This document shows, piece by piece, positions 19,331-28,758 of a stretch of DNA of 64,000 nucleotides; the first letter of the stretch is position 1; each line of letters starts with the position of its first letter. Both the position numbers and the translations under genes were made by a program. The notes under the pieces are model-generated. The model did not search any database. It was not told the origin of the DNA and saw only the letters and a list, made by a program, of their open reading frames with translations. The DNA is taken from NCBI GenBank assembly GCA_051532055.1, contig JAOPTX010000032.1:125115-189114 (forward strand), read 5' to 3'. Source of the DNA: Fibrobacterales bacterium. Its GTDB lineage: Bacteria; Fibrobacterota; Fibrobacteria; Fibrobacterales; JAOPTW01.

Positions 19331-21682
19331 TTATATTCCGAGTTTTAGGCCCGCATAGATCCCAAACCATCGATAGTGATCATGAGTACCCACTCGAGAG
19401 TTCAAGTAGAGATCTCCCACTGGAGATATCAAAGGATCAACATCCCTTTCAGTTATAAGCAGATTTAATGAAACCCCAGTAAACAAACTTATATAGGGCC
19501 CAAACTTAATACCCATCCCACTTTTTAATCGAAAGAGGTTATTAAAGTCGCTCCAACTCATCGCTTCTTCTTCCTCTTCTGGAGGATTAAATATTGCATT
19601 CCACCCAAAATCAGTTTCACTATAAAACCCTCCAAAATCATGACGATACCCATAACCCATTCCAATAAGAACGACATTCTTATTGGATGTTATTTTTTCC
19701 GCAGCAGTAAAAGTGGTATACAGCTTTTTGCCTCCGGTGGCAAGTGTAATCAATTCTAACCCGGTCTCATCGACCCAAATATTACCATTAAGTCGTCCAT
19801 TTTTTGAATAATTGATTAACCCAATAGGATAATCACAAGAGTCTGAAATATTGATAAGTCCAATTTGTACACCTCCAACATCACCTGCTACGTTAAGGAT
19901 TGATGTAACCTGATGATCAGATACATCATCTGCAATGTTTATAGCACCTGCAACCTGAGTTCCCACAACCTTATCTGAAGCATTCATAAAACCAGCAGCC
20001 TGAAAACCTTCAACGGCATCTGAGACATTCATAAAACCCGCTGCTTGAAAACCTTCAACGGCATTTGAGACATTCATAAAACCTGCTGCTTGAAAGCCTT
20101 GGATAGGCTCCGAAACATTTATAAAACCTGCAGCCTGAAAACCGCTTATAGAGTCAGAGATATTAATAAATCCACTTCCCTGAAAACCTACAACAGTATC
20201 TGCAGCATTGATAAAGCCAGACATCTGAAAGCCCTCTAGATTCTCAGCAATGTTCACATAACCTGCAGCCTGAAAACCTGTTACTTTTCTTGCAAGATTA
20301 ACGACACCAGCTCCTTGAAAAAACTCAATATCATCTGCAATGTTAAAAACACCCCCTACCTGGATACCACCAATGTACCCCTTGTTAATATTACCTATAG
20401 CAGCGATTGATGACTCAGAAATACCACCATACGTCTCTGTAACACCAAAGTTTAGTAAAGTACCATTAAAGGGCTCATCATATCTTTTATGAAAATAGAC
20501 CGTTTTAGTTGCTCGCTGCTCTAAAAATTGAGGTATTGTATCTCGAGTATCCCGTATCATAATAGTGTCATGAGTAACAACGGTGTCAACATCTGTGAGA
20601 TTTGCTACTGCCCCTTCATTAGTAAGTGATACCGCACCACCTCGACTCACCGTTTGTTCTTGTTCGACTGTAGTAAAATCTCTACCATTCACAACAATTC
20701 GTTTTCTGTATGGAATCACCACACTACTTTTTTTAAAGCGGTTATGTGCCTCAAGGCTTATACTATATTCACCAGGCTCGAGCCCCAGTTCAATACTTCT
20801 CCCACCTTGTTTACTCAACTCAGCTATAAGATACCCTTCACTATTGCGAACAAAAAGTCTGCCCGCTATATTTTCACCAAGTAAAAGCCCCGATGAAATT
20901 TCACGTACATCAGTAAAAACAACATCGCCGGTACCCGTGAGCTTCATATCATAATTAGCATGCTGTGCTCCACCACTTGTCTTCTCTGTGTTTGACAATG
21001 TCTCATTAAAGGCAAATTGGTACGCTTCACTCAACGTTACTTTTTTGTCTCCACTGATATCAGCCGCCCCTCTGAGCCCCGTTACGAGATAATGAGTAAA
21101 AAAAGAGCCACTAATCCTATCAGACTCCTGAGAAACTTCATCTCCGGCACTCGATGTGATAAAAGCATATCCTTTCATATCCGATGACTCATCAACTAAA
21201 AATGCCTTTCGACGAAGGCCTCCTTTAAAACGAGTAATGGTCCCCGAAGCACATGCGTCAAGCACCGCGATTTTGATATCTGAGCGCATCTCATTGATTT
21301 TAGATCGAAGCTCTTTATACCCGAGAAGCTCTTCACCGAGTAATAGCCCTTTGTCATTAGCATGTCCAGAATAGTAGAGTATCAATTCACTTTTTTGTCC
21401 TACACTTTTCACCTTGTCGATCTGACGATTTAATGAATCAAGTATGGTCAATAATTCAATACGTGTCGGTTCTTTTATAAGCTGTTGATCACTCTGTAAC
21501 ACACCACCCATCTGTTTCATAACACTTAAAAACGAAACAGCATCAGTTGTTGCATACCGCAAAGGAACTCGCCCTTCACCACCAAAATTTGACCCAATCG
21601 CAAGGGCAAAACGGCGAATCTCTTTTGATTCACCGATTGTTGCAAGTACTAGAAATACTAAAAAACAGAGTACTTTATTCAT
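19331..21682 (-). CDS. Exported caspase-family (peptidase C14) protein with 15-aa GxQ repeats and a C-terminal beta-barrel-like region
   Basis: Signal peptide; LRYATTDA; catalytic YYSGHA and LDACASG; SQESD...GSFFTHYL. GGAGG RBS before ATG 21682. Confidence 0.88.
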   Translation of the reverse strand: MNKVLCFLVFLVLATIGESKEIRRFALAIGSNFGGEGRVPLRYATTDAVSFLSVMKQMGGVLQSDQQLIKEPTRIELLTILDSLNRQIDKVKSVGQKSELILYYSGHANDKGLLLGEELLGYKELRSKINEMRSDIKIAVLDACASGTITRFKGGLRRKAFLVDESSDMKGYAFITSSAGDEVSQESDRISGSFFTHYLVTGLRGAADISGDKKVTLSEAYQFAFNETLSNTEKTSGGAQHANYDMKLTGTGDVVFTDVREISSGLLLGENIAGRLFVRNSEGYLIAELSKQGGRSIELGLEPGEYSISLEAHNRFKKSSVVIPYRKRIVVNGRDFTTVEQEQTVSRGGAVSLTNEGAVANLTDVDTVVTHDTIMIRDTRDTIPQFLEQRATKTVYFHKRYDEPFNGTLLNFGVTETYGGISESSIAAIGNINKGYIGGIQVGGVFNIADDIEFFQGAGVVNLARKVTGFQAAGYVNIAENLEGFQMSGFINAADTVVGFQGSGFINISDSISGFQAAGFINVSEPIQGFQAAGFMNVSNAVEGFQAAGFMNVSDAVEGFQAAGFMNASDKVVGTQVAGAINIADDVSDHQVTSILNVAGDVGGVQIGLINISDSCDYPIGLINYSKNGRLNGNIWVDETGLELITLATGGKKLYTTFTAAEKITSNKNVVLIGMGYGYRHDFGGFYSETDFGWNAIFNPPEEEEEAMSWSDFNNLFRLKSGMGIKFGPYISLFTGVSLNLLITERDVDPLISPVGDLYLNSRVGTHDHYRWFGIYAGLKLGI
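19850..20375 (-). repeat. Intragenic 45-bp (15-aa) tandem repeats, consensus VEGFQAAGFxNVSDx, about 11-12 copies
   Basis: Near-identical 45-bp units are visible at 19981-20115; copies degenerate toward both ends. Confidence 0.85.
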
Positions 21683-22487
21683 TACCTCCACCTTTCATAA
21701 TTGTTGTCGTATATTGAAAAAATCGCTTATCAAGACTCAAAAAGCCATTCTCTGGCGGTGGTGCACCATCTTTTTTTAACGCATCCTTTATTATCTTAAC
21801 GTTAAAGGCCTCTTTGGCCGTTATAAAATAGAATCGTTCATACCGTGGCGCATCATCAAGTTCATAAGAAAAAGAGAGCGGAGTTTTAGTATTCAATATT
21901 AGTGACGCCGCATCCTCCCCCTCAATTGGTAAGTGTATTGTCACAACGCCGTTTCCATCAACGGAGGCAATCACCCCATACTTTCGATCGGTTGAGATAT
22001 AATGTATTTGAATAAGGTCACCTTGAGTAGCGCTCCCTCCATCTTCTATATAAACTGTTGCATCACTATGTTTTTTATAGAGTTCTAAATAAGGACCTAG
22101 TCCTTTGGTGCGAAGACCATCATTACCGGCATTAAAGTATACCACAACAACTGAAACTAAAATCACCATAGAAAGGACAGAAAATAGCTTTGTTATCCCC
22201 CCCCCCGATGATACCGCCACTTCAGCCTCTTGGCTTTCTTCCGCAGAAGAACCATCCGACAGGGTAACCGATTCAATTCCTGCTTTTTGTTTCACCTGGC
22301 GCAATACCCAATCTGGAGAATACTCCTCTGCAATAGAGACATCAGACTCTAACACCGCAGCTAAACGTTCACTCAAGGCGCTGTCATACTCAAGACGATC
22401 AGTGATTGCCCGTAATTCTACTTCTGGGAGTTCTCCCAACACATACCGTTCAAGCTTCCAATGTGGCACTATCTCTTCTCTCTTCAT
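21675..22487 (-). CDS. Membrane-anchored anti-sigma-like protein (ActD-like) with a C-terminal DUF4384-like domain
   Basis: N-terminal LERYVLGEL helix, single TM (LFSVLSMVILVSVVVVYF), RTKG, then GDLIQI.Y...YGVIASVDGNGVVT.H and LDDAPRYERF. Overlaps both neighbours. Confidence 0.75.
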   Translation of the reverse strand: MKREEIVPHWKLERYVLGELPEVELRAITDRLEYDSALSERLAAVLESDVSIAEEYSPDWVLRQVKQKAGIESVTLSDGSSAEESQEAEVAVSSGGGITKLFSVLSMVILVSVVVVYFNAGNDGLRTKGLGPYLELYKKHSDATVYIEDGGSATQGDLIQIHYISTDRKYGVIASVDGNGVVTIHLPIEGEDAASLILNTKTPLSFSYELDDAPRYERFYFITAKEAFNVKIIKDALKKDGAPPPENGFLSLDKRFFQYTTTIMKGGGNE

Positions 22488-22975
22488 ACAAGTACCTCCC
22501 GTAGCTCATTCACGCTCTCTTTCAGAAGTCGCAGTCGCTTGCGCACCCCTGAGACAGACATTTTAACCTCACCCGCAACCTCTTCGAGGGTCATACCATC
22601 AACATAGTGCAGTACTGCAATAGTTCTCGTTGACTCAGGCCCTCTTTGAAATATTTTATCAAGGAGCGAACGTTGTTCCAAAATTTTCTCATCATCAACA
22701 CAGGCTATCATCTCAACAATTTCATCGCCAATAGCTTCGGGTCGTTTTTTATTATCACGAATTCTATTCAAGCAAAGATTGGTCGCAATACGATAGAGTA
22801 GACTTGAAGGGAATTCAATAGATAGGTTTTCCCGTTTACGAATTACTTGTACAAATACATTCTGCATAATATCCATCGCCTCGTGCTCATCTTTGAGCAA
22901 TTGTTGACACCGGCGCAACACCATTGCCCCATATCGCTTATACAGCGCCTCTATATCAACTTTTTGCTCACTCAT
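22484..22975 (-). CDS. ECF RNA polymerase sigma-70 factor
   Basis: Region 2 (EAMDIMQNVF, LYRIATNLCLNRIR) and region 4 (DGMTLEEVA...SVSGVRKRL); 163 aa. Confidence 0.92.
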   Translation of the reverse strand: MSEQKVDIEALYKRYGAMVLRRCQQLLKDEHEAMDIMQNVFVQVIRKRENLSIEFPSSLLYRIATNLCLNRIRDNKKRPEAIGDEIVEMIACVDDEKILEQRSLLDKIFQRGPESTRTIAVLHYVDGMTLEEVAGEVKMSVSGVRKRLRLLKESVNELREVLV

Positions 22976-22986
22976 TCTATCCTTTA

Positions 22987-23013
22987 GACACGGCTATTCT
23001 GCAGAAGTGTTAC
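22987..23013 (-). promoter_or_regulatory. Candidate autoregulatory ECF promoter GTAAC-N16-CGT
   Basis: Minus strand reads GTAAC acttctgcagaatagc CGTGTC taaaggataga ATG, matching the common ECF AAC/CGT architecture. Confidence 0.5.
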
Positions 23014-23292
23014 TCAATTCGAATAAAAATGCAAAAATAGGAATTTTATGATACATACCGAAGTATTACGGCTTTTATGCATGAGAAAGCAGCTTAGTTG
23101 ATTAAGTCCCCCCATTCCAATGTCGAATATTTACAGCCCATTTATGAAAACTGATCTCAACACCTCCCTATTCACCAGAATAAAGAGTTACCTTTGAGGT
23201 ATACTCACGATTACATATTGGCTCTCTTTATCCATCTACATGTTAAGTAGATTGTAAAGCCAGACCATATACCCCTAACACCGGGACTCGCT

Positions 23293-24105
23293 ATGAATAC
23301 GAAAGAAGCAGAAAGCATCTATAATAAAATTTGGAAAAAACTCCAAAAAGATGCAATTCACCATATTGATAATGACCCCTTTCTTGGAGGGATGCTCCAT
23401 ACCCGTATTTTGACACAAAAAACTCTCGGCGACTCTCTCTCTCAGGTACTTGCCGCACAACTGGGTGACCACAATCTCCCCACTTTGCAACTACAAAACC
23501 TTTTTAATGACGTCTACTCGACACACAAAAAGGTACTTTATGCCGCAGCCTATGATATGCAAGCAGTCGTACAACGTGATCCCGCGTGTAACACTCCTTT
23601 AGAGCCACTTCTCCTTTTTAAAGGATTTCAGGCACTCCAAGCCTACCGAGCGGCAAATATTTTATGGAAAAATGGCCGTACGCTACTTGCCCAAATATTA
23701 CAATCATCAATTTCGCGCGCCTTTGGCGTCGATATTCACCCCGCTGCAACAATTGGGTATGGTATACTTATTGACCACGCCACAAATATCGTCATAGGTG
23801 AAACAGCCAAAGTAGGCGACAACGTATCGATTCTTCACGGTGTTACTCTCGGTGGTACTGGGAAAGATGGTGGTGATCGTCACCCTAAAATTGGTGATGG
23901 TGTTCTAATATCTGCCCATGCACAATTATTAGGTAACATTAAAGTAGGCAAAAATGCCAAAATTGGTGCCGGTGCGGTGGTACTCGGCAATGTTCCAGCT
24001 CATACAACTTATGCTGGAATTCCCGCAAAAAGAGTTGGAGTACCTAATTGCGAAGTCCCTTCAATGAACATGAGTCATGACCTTAACGATTATGCAGGGC
24101 TCTAA
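23293..24105 (+). CDS. cysE: Serine O-acetyltransferase
   Basis: RDPAC, KGFQALQAYR, VDIHPAA, DHAT and TLGGTGKDGGDRHPKIG motifs. Confidence 0.95.
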   Translation: MNTKEAESIYNKIWKKLQKDAIHHIDNDPFLGGMLHTRILTQKTLGDSLSQVLAAQLGDHNLPTLQLQNLFNDVYSTHKKVLYAAAYDMQAVVQRDPACNTPLEPLLLFKGFQALQAYRAANILWKNGRTLLAQILQSSISRAFGVDIHPAATIGYGILIDHATNIVIGETAKVGDNVSILHGVTLGGTGKDGGDRHPKIGDGVLISAHAQLLGNIKVGKNAKIGAGAVVLGNVPAHTTYAGIPAKRVGVPNCEVPSMNMSHDLNDYAGL

Positions 24106-25208
24106 TGTTTTTGGGCGATAAAAAATATTCACTCGATGCTATTTTTAGAATGCTTATTGGTCTTGCCCTTTTTGGTGTAGGGCTTTGGCTCCTAAACTAT
24201 TTGAGCGATGTACTTATCCCTTTCGCCATAGCATTTTTACTTGCCTACATTATCAACCCTATGGTTGTTAAGGTTCAAAACAAAGTTAACCACCGGGGTG
24301 CCGCCGTCTTCATAGTGCTTATCACCCTATCAGTGATTATTACTGGAGCAACAATAGTGATCATTCCTATTTTAGCCCACGAAGTACATCAAGCGTCAAT
24401 ACTCATTTCACGTCTCGTCCATGATTCAGAGATGACTCAAAAAGTGGTGAGCATCATTCCCCCTGAACTTTGGAACACTATCCAAGAGCCATTCAAAAGT
24501 GGCGACCTCTCAACAATCCTTAAGAATCGCGACTATCTTAAAGGAACACAAGAGATATTAAAACGAGTCCTCCCGGGCGCCCTTGGCATTATGGCGGGCA
24601 CCGCACAAATCCTAATGGGTATTACTGGACTATTTATCATAATACTGTATCTAGTATTTTTACTCAAAGATTTTAAAAAATCAAAAGAAGAGTGGACCGC
24701 ACTCCTTCCTAATCGCTACCGCATACCAATTTTAAGTTTTGTACATGACCTTGATGACGCAATGGGCACCTATTTTAGGGCTCAATCTCATGTTGCAACT
24801 CTTGTTGGTATTCTCTTTGCAATCAGTTTTTGGGTCATTGGCCTACCAATGGGTATCCTCCTTGGACTTGCTATTGGACTTCTTAATATGGTTCCATACC
24901 TTCAACTTATTGCGATTATTCCTGCAGTATTTCTCGCTTTTGCTGGTGCAATTGAGAGTGGTGCAAGTCCCTATCTTTCGATTGGCCTCACTCTATTAGT
25001 ATTTGCCATTGTTCAAGTGATACAAGATGCAATCATCACTCCCCGCATTATGGGTAAAGTGACTGGACTAAGCCCGGCGATGATACTTCTCTCTATCTCA
25101 GTTTGGGGTAAACTCCTTGGACTTTTAGGTCTGATCATCGCCATCCCCGCCAGCTGTCTACTACTCGCCACGTATAAGCGCCTACAAAGCAGCGACCAAA
25201 CAGATTAA
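24105..25208 (+). CDS. AI-2E family transporter
   Basis: PFAIAFLLAYIINP, LNMVPY and ITPRIMGKVTGLSP motifs; multiple TM segments. Confidence 0.88.
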   Translation: MFLGDKKYSLDAIFRMLIGLALFGVGLWLLNYLSDVLIPFAIAFLLAYIINPMVVKVQNKVNHRGAAVFIVLITLSVIITGATIVIIPILAHEVHQASILISRLVHDSEMTQKVVSIIPPELWNTIQEPFKSGDLSTILKNRDYLKGTQEILKRVLPGALGIMAGTAQILMGITGLFIIILYLVFLLKDFKKSKEEWTALLPNRYRIPILSFVHDLDDAMGTYFRAQSHVATLVGILFAISFWVIGLPMGILLGLAIGLLNMVPYLQLIAIIPAVFLAFAGAIESGASPYLSIGLTLLVFAIVQVIQDAIITPRIMGKVTGLSPAMILLSISVWGKLLGLLGLIIAIPASCLLLATYKRLQSSDQTD

Positions 25209-25284
25209 CCCACAGTCTCAAATTCTATTTTCTCCCTCTTTTGCTACTTTTGTGGTATAATTATTTAAAACCTATGGACATACT

Positions 25285-25779
25285 ATGGATATTGAAGTTG
25301 TTGCGCTCTGTGATGCCGCTACTGAACAAGCTGGAAAATTAAATATTTTGGGTGCTTTTGATAGTATTCAATCACCTCAATTTCCATTCGTTCATCCACA
25401 GTGTGCCTTTGTTTGTCGTATTAGGTTTAATAGAATTGAACAAGGAGAGCACTCTTTTAAACTTGACTTTGTCGATCAAGACGGAAAGTCCCTCGTACCT
25501 CCACTCGAAGCAAAAATCAATTTAAATTTCCCTAAAGGTGCAGATTCACAAGTATCAAATATGATACTCAATATGCAAGGCCTAAAGTTTGCAAAGCCTG
25601 GCAAATATCTCTTCGAACTCGCCATCAACAATCGCCAAGAGGCTTCGCTCCCCCTCCATATAAAACAGATTAACCTCCCCAAAAGAGCACAACGCCCACA
25701 ACAAGGCGAAGACAACTCTCTTTTTGGTGATGATCCAGAAATCCCCGGGCATCCGGAAGGTCCTGACGACCTGAGCTAA
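25285..25779 (+). CDS. Conserved hypothetical protein (DUF6941-like beta-sandwich)
   Basis: LCDAA..GKLNILGAFD.I...FP and F.KPGKY motifs. Confidence 0.65.
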   Translation: MDIEVVALCDAATEQAGKLNILGAFDSIQSPQFPFVHPQCAFVCRIRFNRIEQGEHSFKLDFVDQDGKSLVPPLEAKINLNFPKGADSQVSNMILNMQGLKFAKPGKYLFELAINNRQEASLPLHIKQINLPKRAQRPQQGEDNSLFGDDPEIPGHPEGPDDLS

Positions 25780-26642
25780 TTAATAATAAGCCCCAGCCTA
25801 AAGAGATGCAGTCGTTCCCGTGAATCATAGTAACCTGAACGACTACCATAGCTATAGCTACTATACAATGAAGGCACTACCATTTCGAAGCCATAATAAA
25901 TGAAACCAATCCCAGAAGAAATTCGGTATTGATCTGAAATTACTGGATAAGCTTGTTCCTCTAGCCCATCAGTATCCGCTATCCATCCTTTCACTTTTTT
26001 GGTTCCTTCAGCGATATACTCAAATTTGGCACACATAAATAGACCCCCATGAGCAACAACGCTTTTTTCCCAGCGCGCCCCAGTCCTTACACCAAATGAC
26101 ACATCCTTTTGTGACCCAGGGAGCTCTGGACTATTCTTAGAATAAACATATCCCAGGCCACTCCCATACCACTGAAATTGAACAGATGATTTAATATTCA
26201 ATTGAATTACGAGTGCATTGAGATTACTTTGCCGATACGTACCATCGTATATCTCATACGACGGGTTTGAAATGTCCTCTTGAATACCCATAGTTGCATG
26301 AGCACTTTGATGTATCCCGTAGACTGCCACAACGCTTTTATACTTACCGAAATCAGGTCCCACAAAAACAGAATCAAAACCTATTAGCAGATTTCCGCGC
26401 CAACTATGATTTGGCAAAGCGCTTTGATTGAAGTGTGTATCATTACGAACTTCTATCATTCCACCCAAAGTAATCGAGGATAGGTGTATTTTTTTAGACA
26501 GAGAGAGTCCTAAACCTTTCTCATAAAAGAGAGATGTTTGCAATGCCCCAACAGCGCCAATTGTCGACGGTTCTTGATATAAAGACCACCCCTGCACCAC
26601 ACAGCACACAACGATATTTACCATTAATACCAGTATATTCAT
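25776..26642 (-). CDS. Hypothetical exported, beta-rich (possibly outer-membrane) protein
   Basis: Hydrophobic N-terminus, HQSAH motif, alternating aromatic strands; ORF of about 290 aa. Confidence 0.55.
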   Translation of the reverse strand: MNILVLMVNIVVCCVVQGWSLYQEPSTIGAVGALQTSLFYEKGLGLSLSKKIHLSSITLGGMIEVRNDTHFNQSALPNHSWRGNLLIGFDSVFVGPDFGKYKSVVAVYGIHQSAHATMGIQEDISNPSYEIYDGTYRQSNLNALVIQLNIKSSVQFQWYGSGLGYVYSKNSPELPGSQKDVSFGVRTGARWEKSVVAHGGLFMCAKFEYIAEGTKKVKGWIADTDGLEEQAYPVISDQYRISSGIGFIYYGFEMVVPSLYSSYSYGSRSGYYDSRERLHLFRLGLIIN

Positions 26643-26655
26643 ACACAATAGATAC

Positions 26656-26683
26656 AAAAAAAGCCGCCCAAAAATGGGCGGCT
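26656..26683 (-). terminator. Intrinsic terminator after the HU gene
   Basis: Stem AGCCGCCCA/TGGGCGGCT with a U-run on the minus strand. Confidence 0.85.
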
Positions 26684-26707
26684 CACAAATAATATTTTTA
26701 TCAAATC

Positions 26708-27010
26708 TTATTTTTTCTTAGGTCTTGCTTTAGAAGCAACTTCTTTAAGATTTGAAGAAGGCTTGAAGCCTACAGATTTAGAAGCTTTGATTTTGATCTC
26801 TTCGCCTGTTGCTGGATTACGACCTTTACGCGCAGAACGAGATTTAATAGAGAATGTACCGAAACCGATAAGCTGAACCATTCCGTCTTTTTTGATACCT
26901 TGCTCGATTGAACCGAGAACTGCTTTTAATGCTCTTTCAGCAGCAGCTTTTGATTCAAAGTTTGCATCTTTATCTTTTTGAATGAGTTCAACTAATTCTT
27001 GCTTATTCAT
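26708..27010 (-). CDS. hup: DNA-binding protein HU
   Basis: MNKQELV, VQLIGFGTF, RKGRNPATGEEIKI and FKPS. AGGAG RBS before ATG 27010. Confidence 0.95.
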   Translation of the reverse strand: MNKQELVELIQKDKDANFESKAAAERALKAVLGSIEQGIKKDGMVQLIGFGTFSIKSRSARKGRNPATGEEIKIKASKSVGFKPSSNLKEVASKARPKKK

Positions 27011-27092
27011 TAATACTCCTAGTTGTATATATATTTGATAGGGATTACCTAAGTCAAAGGTATTATTTTTTATTACAGTGGCAATAAAAAAA

Positions 27093-28031
27093 TTAGTTTG
27101 TTCTATTTTTTTTATCAAGCTCTAACAGCTGTAGATACAGCGCTTGAGTACGACTCATCGCAACACCCTTCTCTAAGCCCTTATTTATAGGGTACTTATA
27201 GATGAAATCAAGCTCCATTCCCCGCCCATTCTGATAATCAAGCATCATACTTGGCTTATAGGGCTTCATGACATCAGTCTGAGTAATCATAGTATTAATG
27301 AATGATTGTTCAACAACAACCTTTTGAGAGAATGCAGCAGCAACGGTTTCATGCATTATAGCCTCGGCCCACTCACGTGATTCAGTGGTATCCATCATTG
27401 TTCGTGTATCTCCATAAAGTACTGATAGCCCGTTAAATGGCATATTCCATACGAGCTTTTTCCAGCGGGCTAATCGCAAATCATCACTTGCGGTTACCTG
27501 AATACTAGCTGCCTTAAAGTTTTCGACAATAGTTAAAAATCGATTACTCGGCTCACTGAGAGGAGATGACAGGTAATATTCTCCCAGCATAACTCCACCA
27601 TAATCAAGATGGTGTATATGACCTGGCCCGATTTTATTCGAACAAATAAAACAGAGCCCCCCCATAATATGGGCCTCTGGAATATACTGGGCTACTGCTT
27701 CTTCACCACCAAGACCATTTTGCATAAGGACTATGGTCTGCTCGGAATGATACAAATAAGGGAGTATTTCTTCCAATAGATAATTCTGAGTAGCCTTAAG
27801 CGCAACAAGGAGCACATCTACTTTTGGAATATCTTCAAATGAATGATAGCACTGAACAGGCAGAATATGCATATCACCATCAATAGAGTCAACACGTAAC
27901 CCTTGTGAAGATACTTCATCATAATCGCTATGTAACAGAAAATGCACATCAAAACCGGCATGGGCCAGCTTGCCACCATAGTAGCCACCAACCGCACCAG
28001 TTCCAATTACAGCATAAGAGAGTGAAGGCAT
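27093..28031 (-). CDS. panE: 2-dehydropantoate 2-reductase (ApbA/PanE family)
   Basis: GTGAVGGYYG, MQNGLG, WKKLVWN and PSMMLDY..GR.MEL motifs. Confidence 0.88.
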   Translation of the reverse strand: MPSLSYAVIGTGAVGGYYGGKLAHAGFDVHFLLHSDYDEVSSQGLRVDSIDGDMHILPVQCYHSFEDIPKVDVLLVALKATQNYLLEEILPYLYHSEQTIVLMQNGLGGEEAVAQYIPEAHIMGGLCFICSNKIGPGHIHHLDYGGVMLGEYYLSSPLSEPSNRFLTIVENFKAASIQVTASDDLRLARWKKLVWNMPFNGLSVLYGDTRTMMDTTESREWAEAIMHETVAAAFSQKVVVEQSFINTMITQTDVMKPYKPSMMLDYQNGRGMELDFIYKYPINKGLEKGVAMSRTQALYLQLLELDKKNRTN

Positions 28032-28052
28032 TCCTTTACTCGATTGCGTGGT

Positions 28053-28541
28053 TTATTTACCACAACACTTTTTGAATTTTTTTCCACTACCACATGAACA
28101 AGGGTCATTACGACCGACTCTTTCCTCATCACGGATAAATGTCTCTTGCTTGGCAGATTCGCCATCAAAGAAGTACCAGATATCATCTACTTTTTTAAAA
28201 GTACTGATCTCACCATGGTTTTGAACTTTTCCCCGCTGTTTATAACGAGCAAGAAATGAGACATATCCAATATCATCAGCCGCTTCACCTTTATCGGTAG
28301 CGGTAATTTTAAGGTCAATCCACTCAGAATTTTGGGACCAATCTTTAATCTCATTTTCGTTAAATTCACTTTTTTTCTCTGGGTGAATTGTTTTCATAAT
28401 ATACTTCACATCTGCTTTTGTAAAAGCAGTATAGCGAGAACGAAGAAGCGCTTCTGGTGTAGGAGCCTCTTTTTCACGATTAAGATAGGGTTCGCAACAT
28501 GCAGTATATTCGAGTTCAGATCCACAAGGGCAGAGTGACAT
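28053..28541 (-). CDS. ychJ: YchJ family protein with SEC-C motifs
   Basis: CPCGS...[17 protein letters not shown] and [18 protein letters not shown]. Confidence 0.9.
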   Translation of the reverse strand: MSLCPCGSELEYTACCEPYLNREKEAPTPEALLRSRYTAFTKADVKYIMKTIHPEKKSEFNENEIKDWSQNSEWIDLKITATDKGEAADDIGYVSFLARYKQRGKVQNHGEISTFKKVDDIWYFFDGESAKQETFIRDEERVGRNDPCSCGSGKKFKKCCGK

Positions 28542-28671
28542 GAGAGTACCTTTTTAAGATGTTTGAGTGGAGTAAAAATAATAATTAGTGCTCTTTAAAC
28601 TCAAGTATTGTGATGAAAAACCATCCTAATAGGCCATATAAATACGGTATTAAAGGGTATGAGCGTGCTAT

Positions 28672-28703
28672 AATTCAAAATTCAAAATTCAAAATTCAGA
28701 ATT
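28672..28703. repeat. Heptamer tandem repeat (AATTCAA)x3 + AATTCAG + AATT
   Basis: Directly visible in the ychJ-rsmG divergent intergenic region. Confidence 0.85.
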
Positions 28704-28758
28704 TGCATCAATTTGCTACATTATAAGACTGAATCTCTTACTCAGTACAGTAGTTATT

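Noticed and set aside
19850..20375. 45-bp repeats as a CRISPR array
   Set aside because: The repeats are contiguous and in-frame within a CDS, with no unique spacers and no cas genes.
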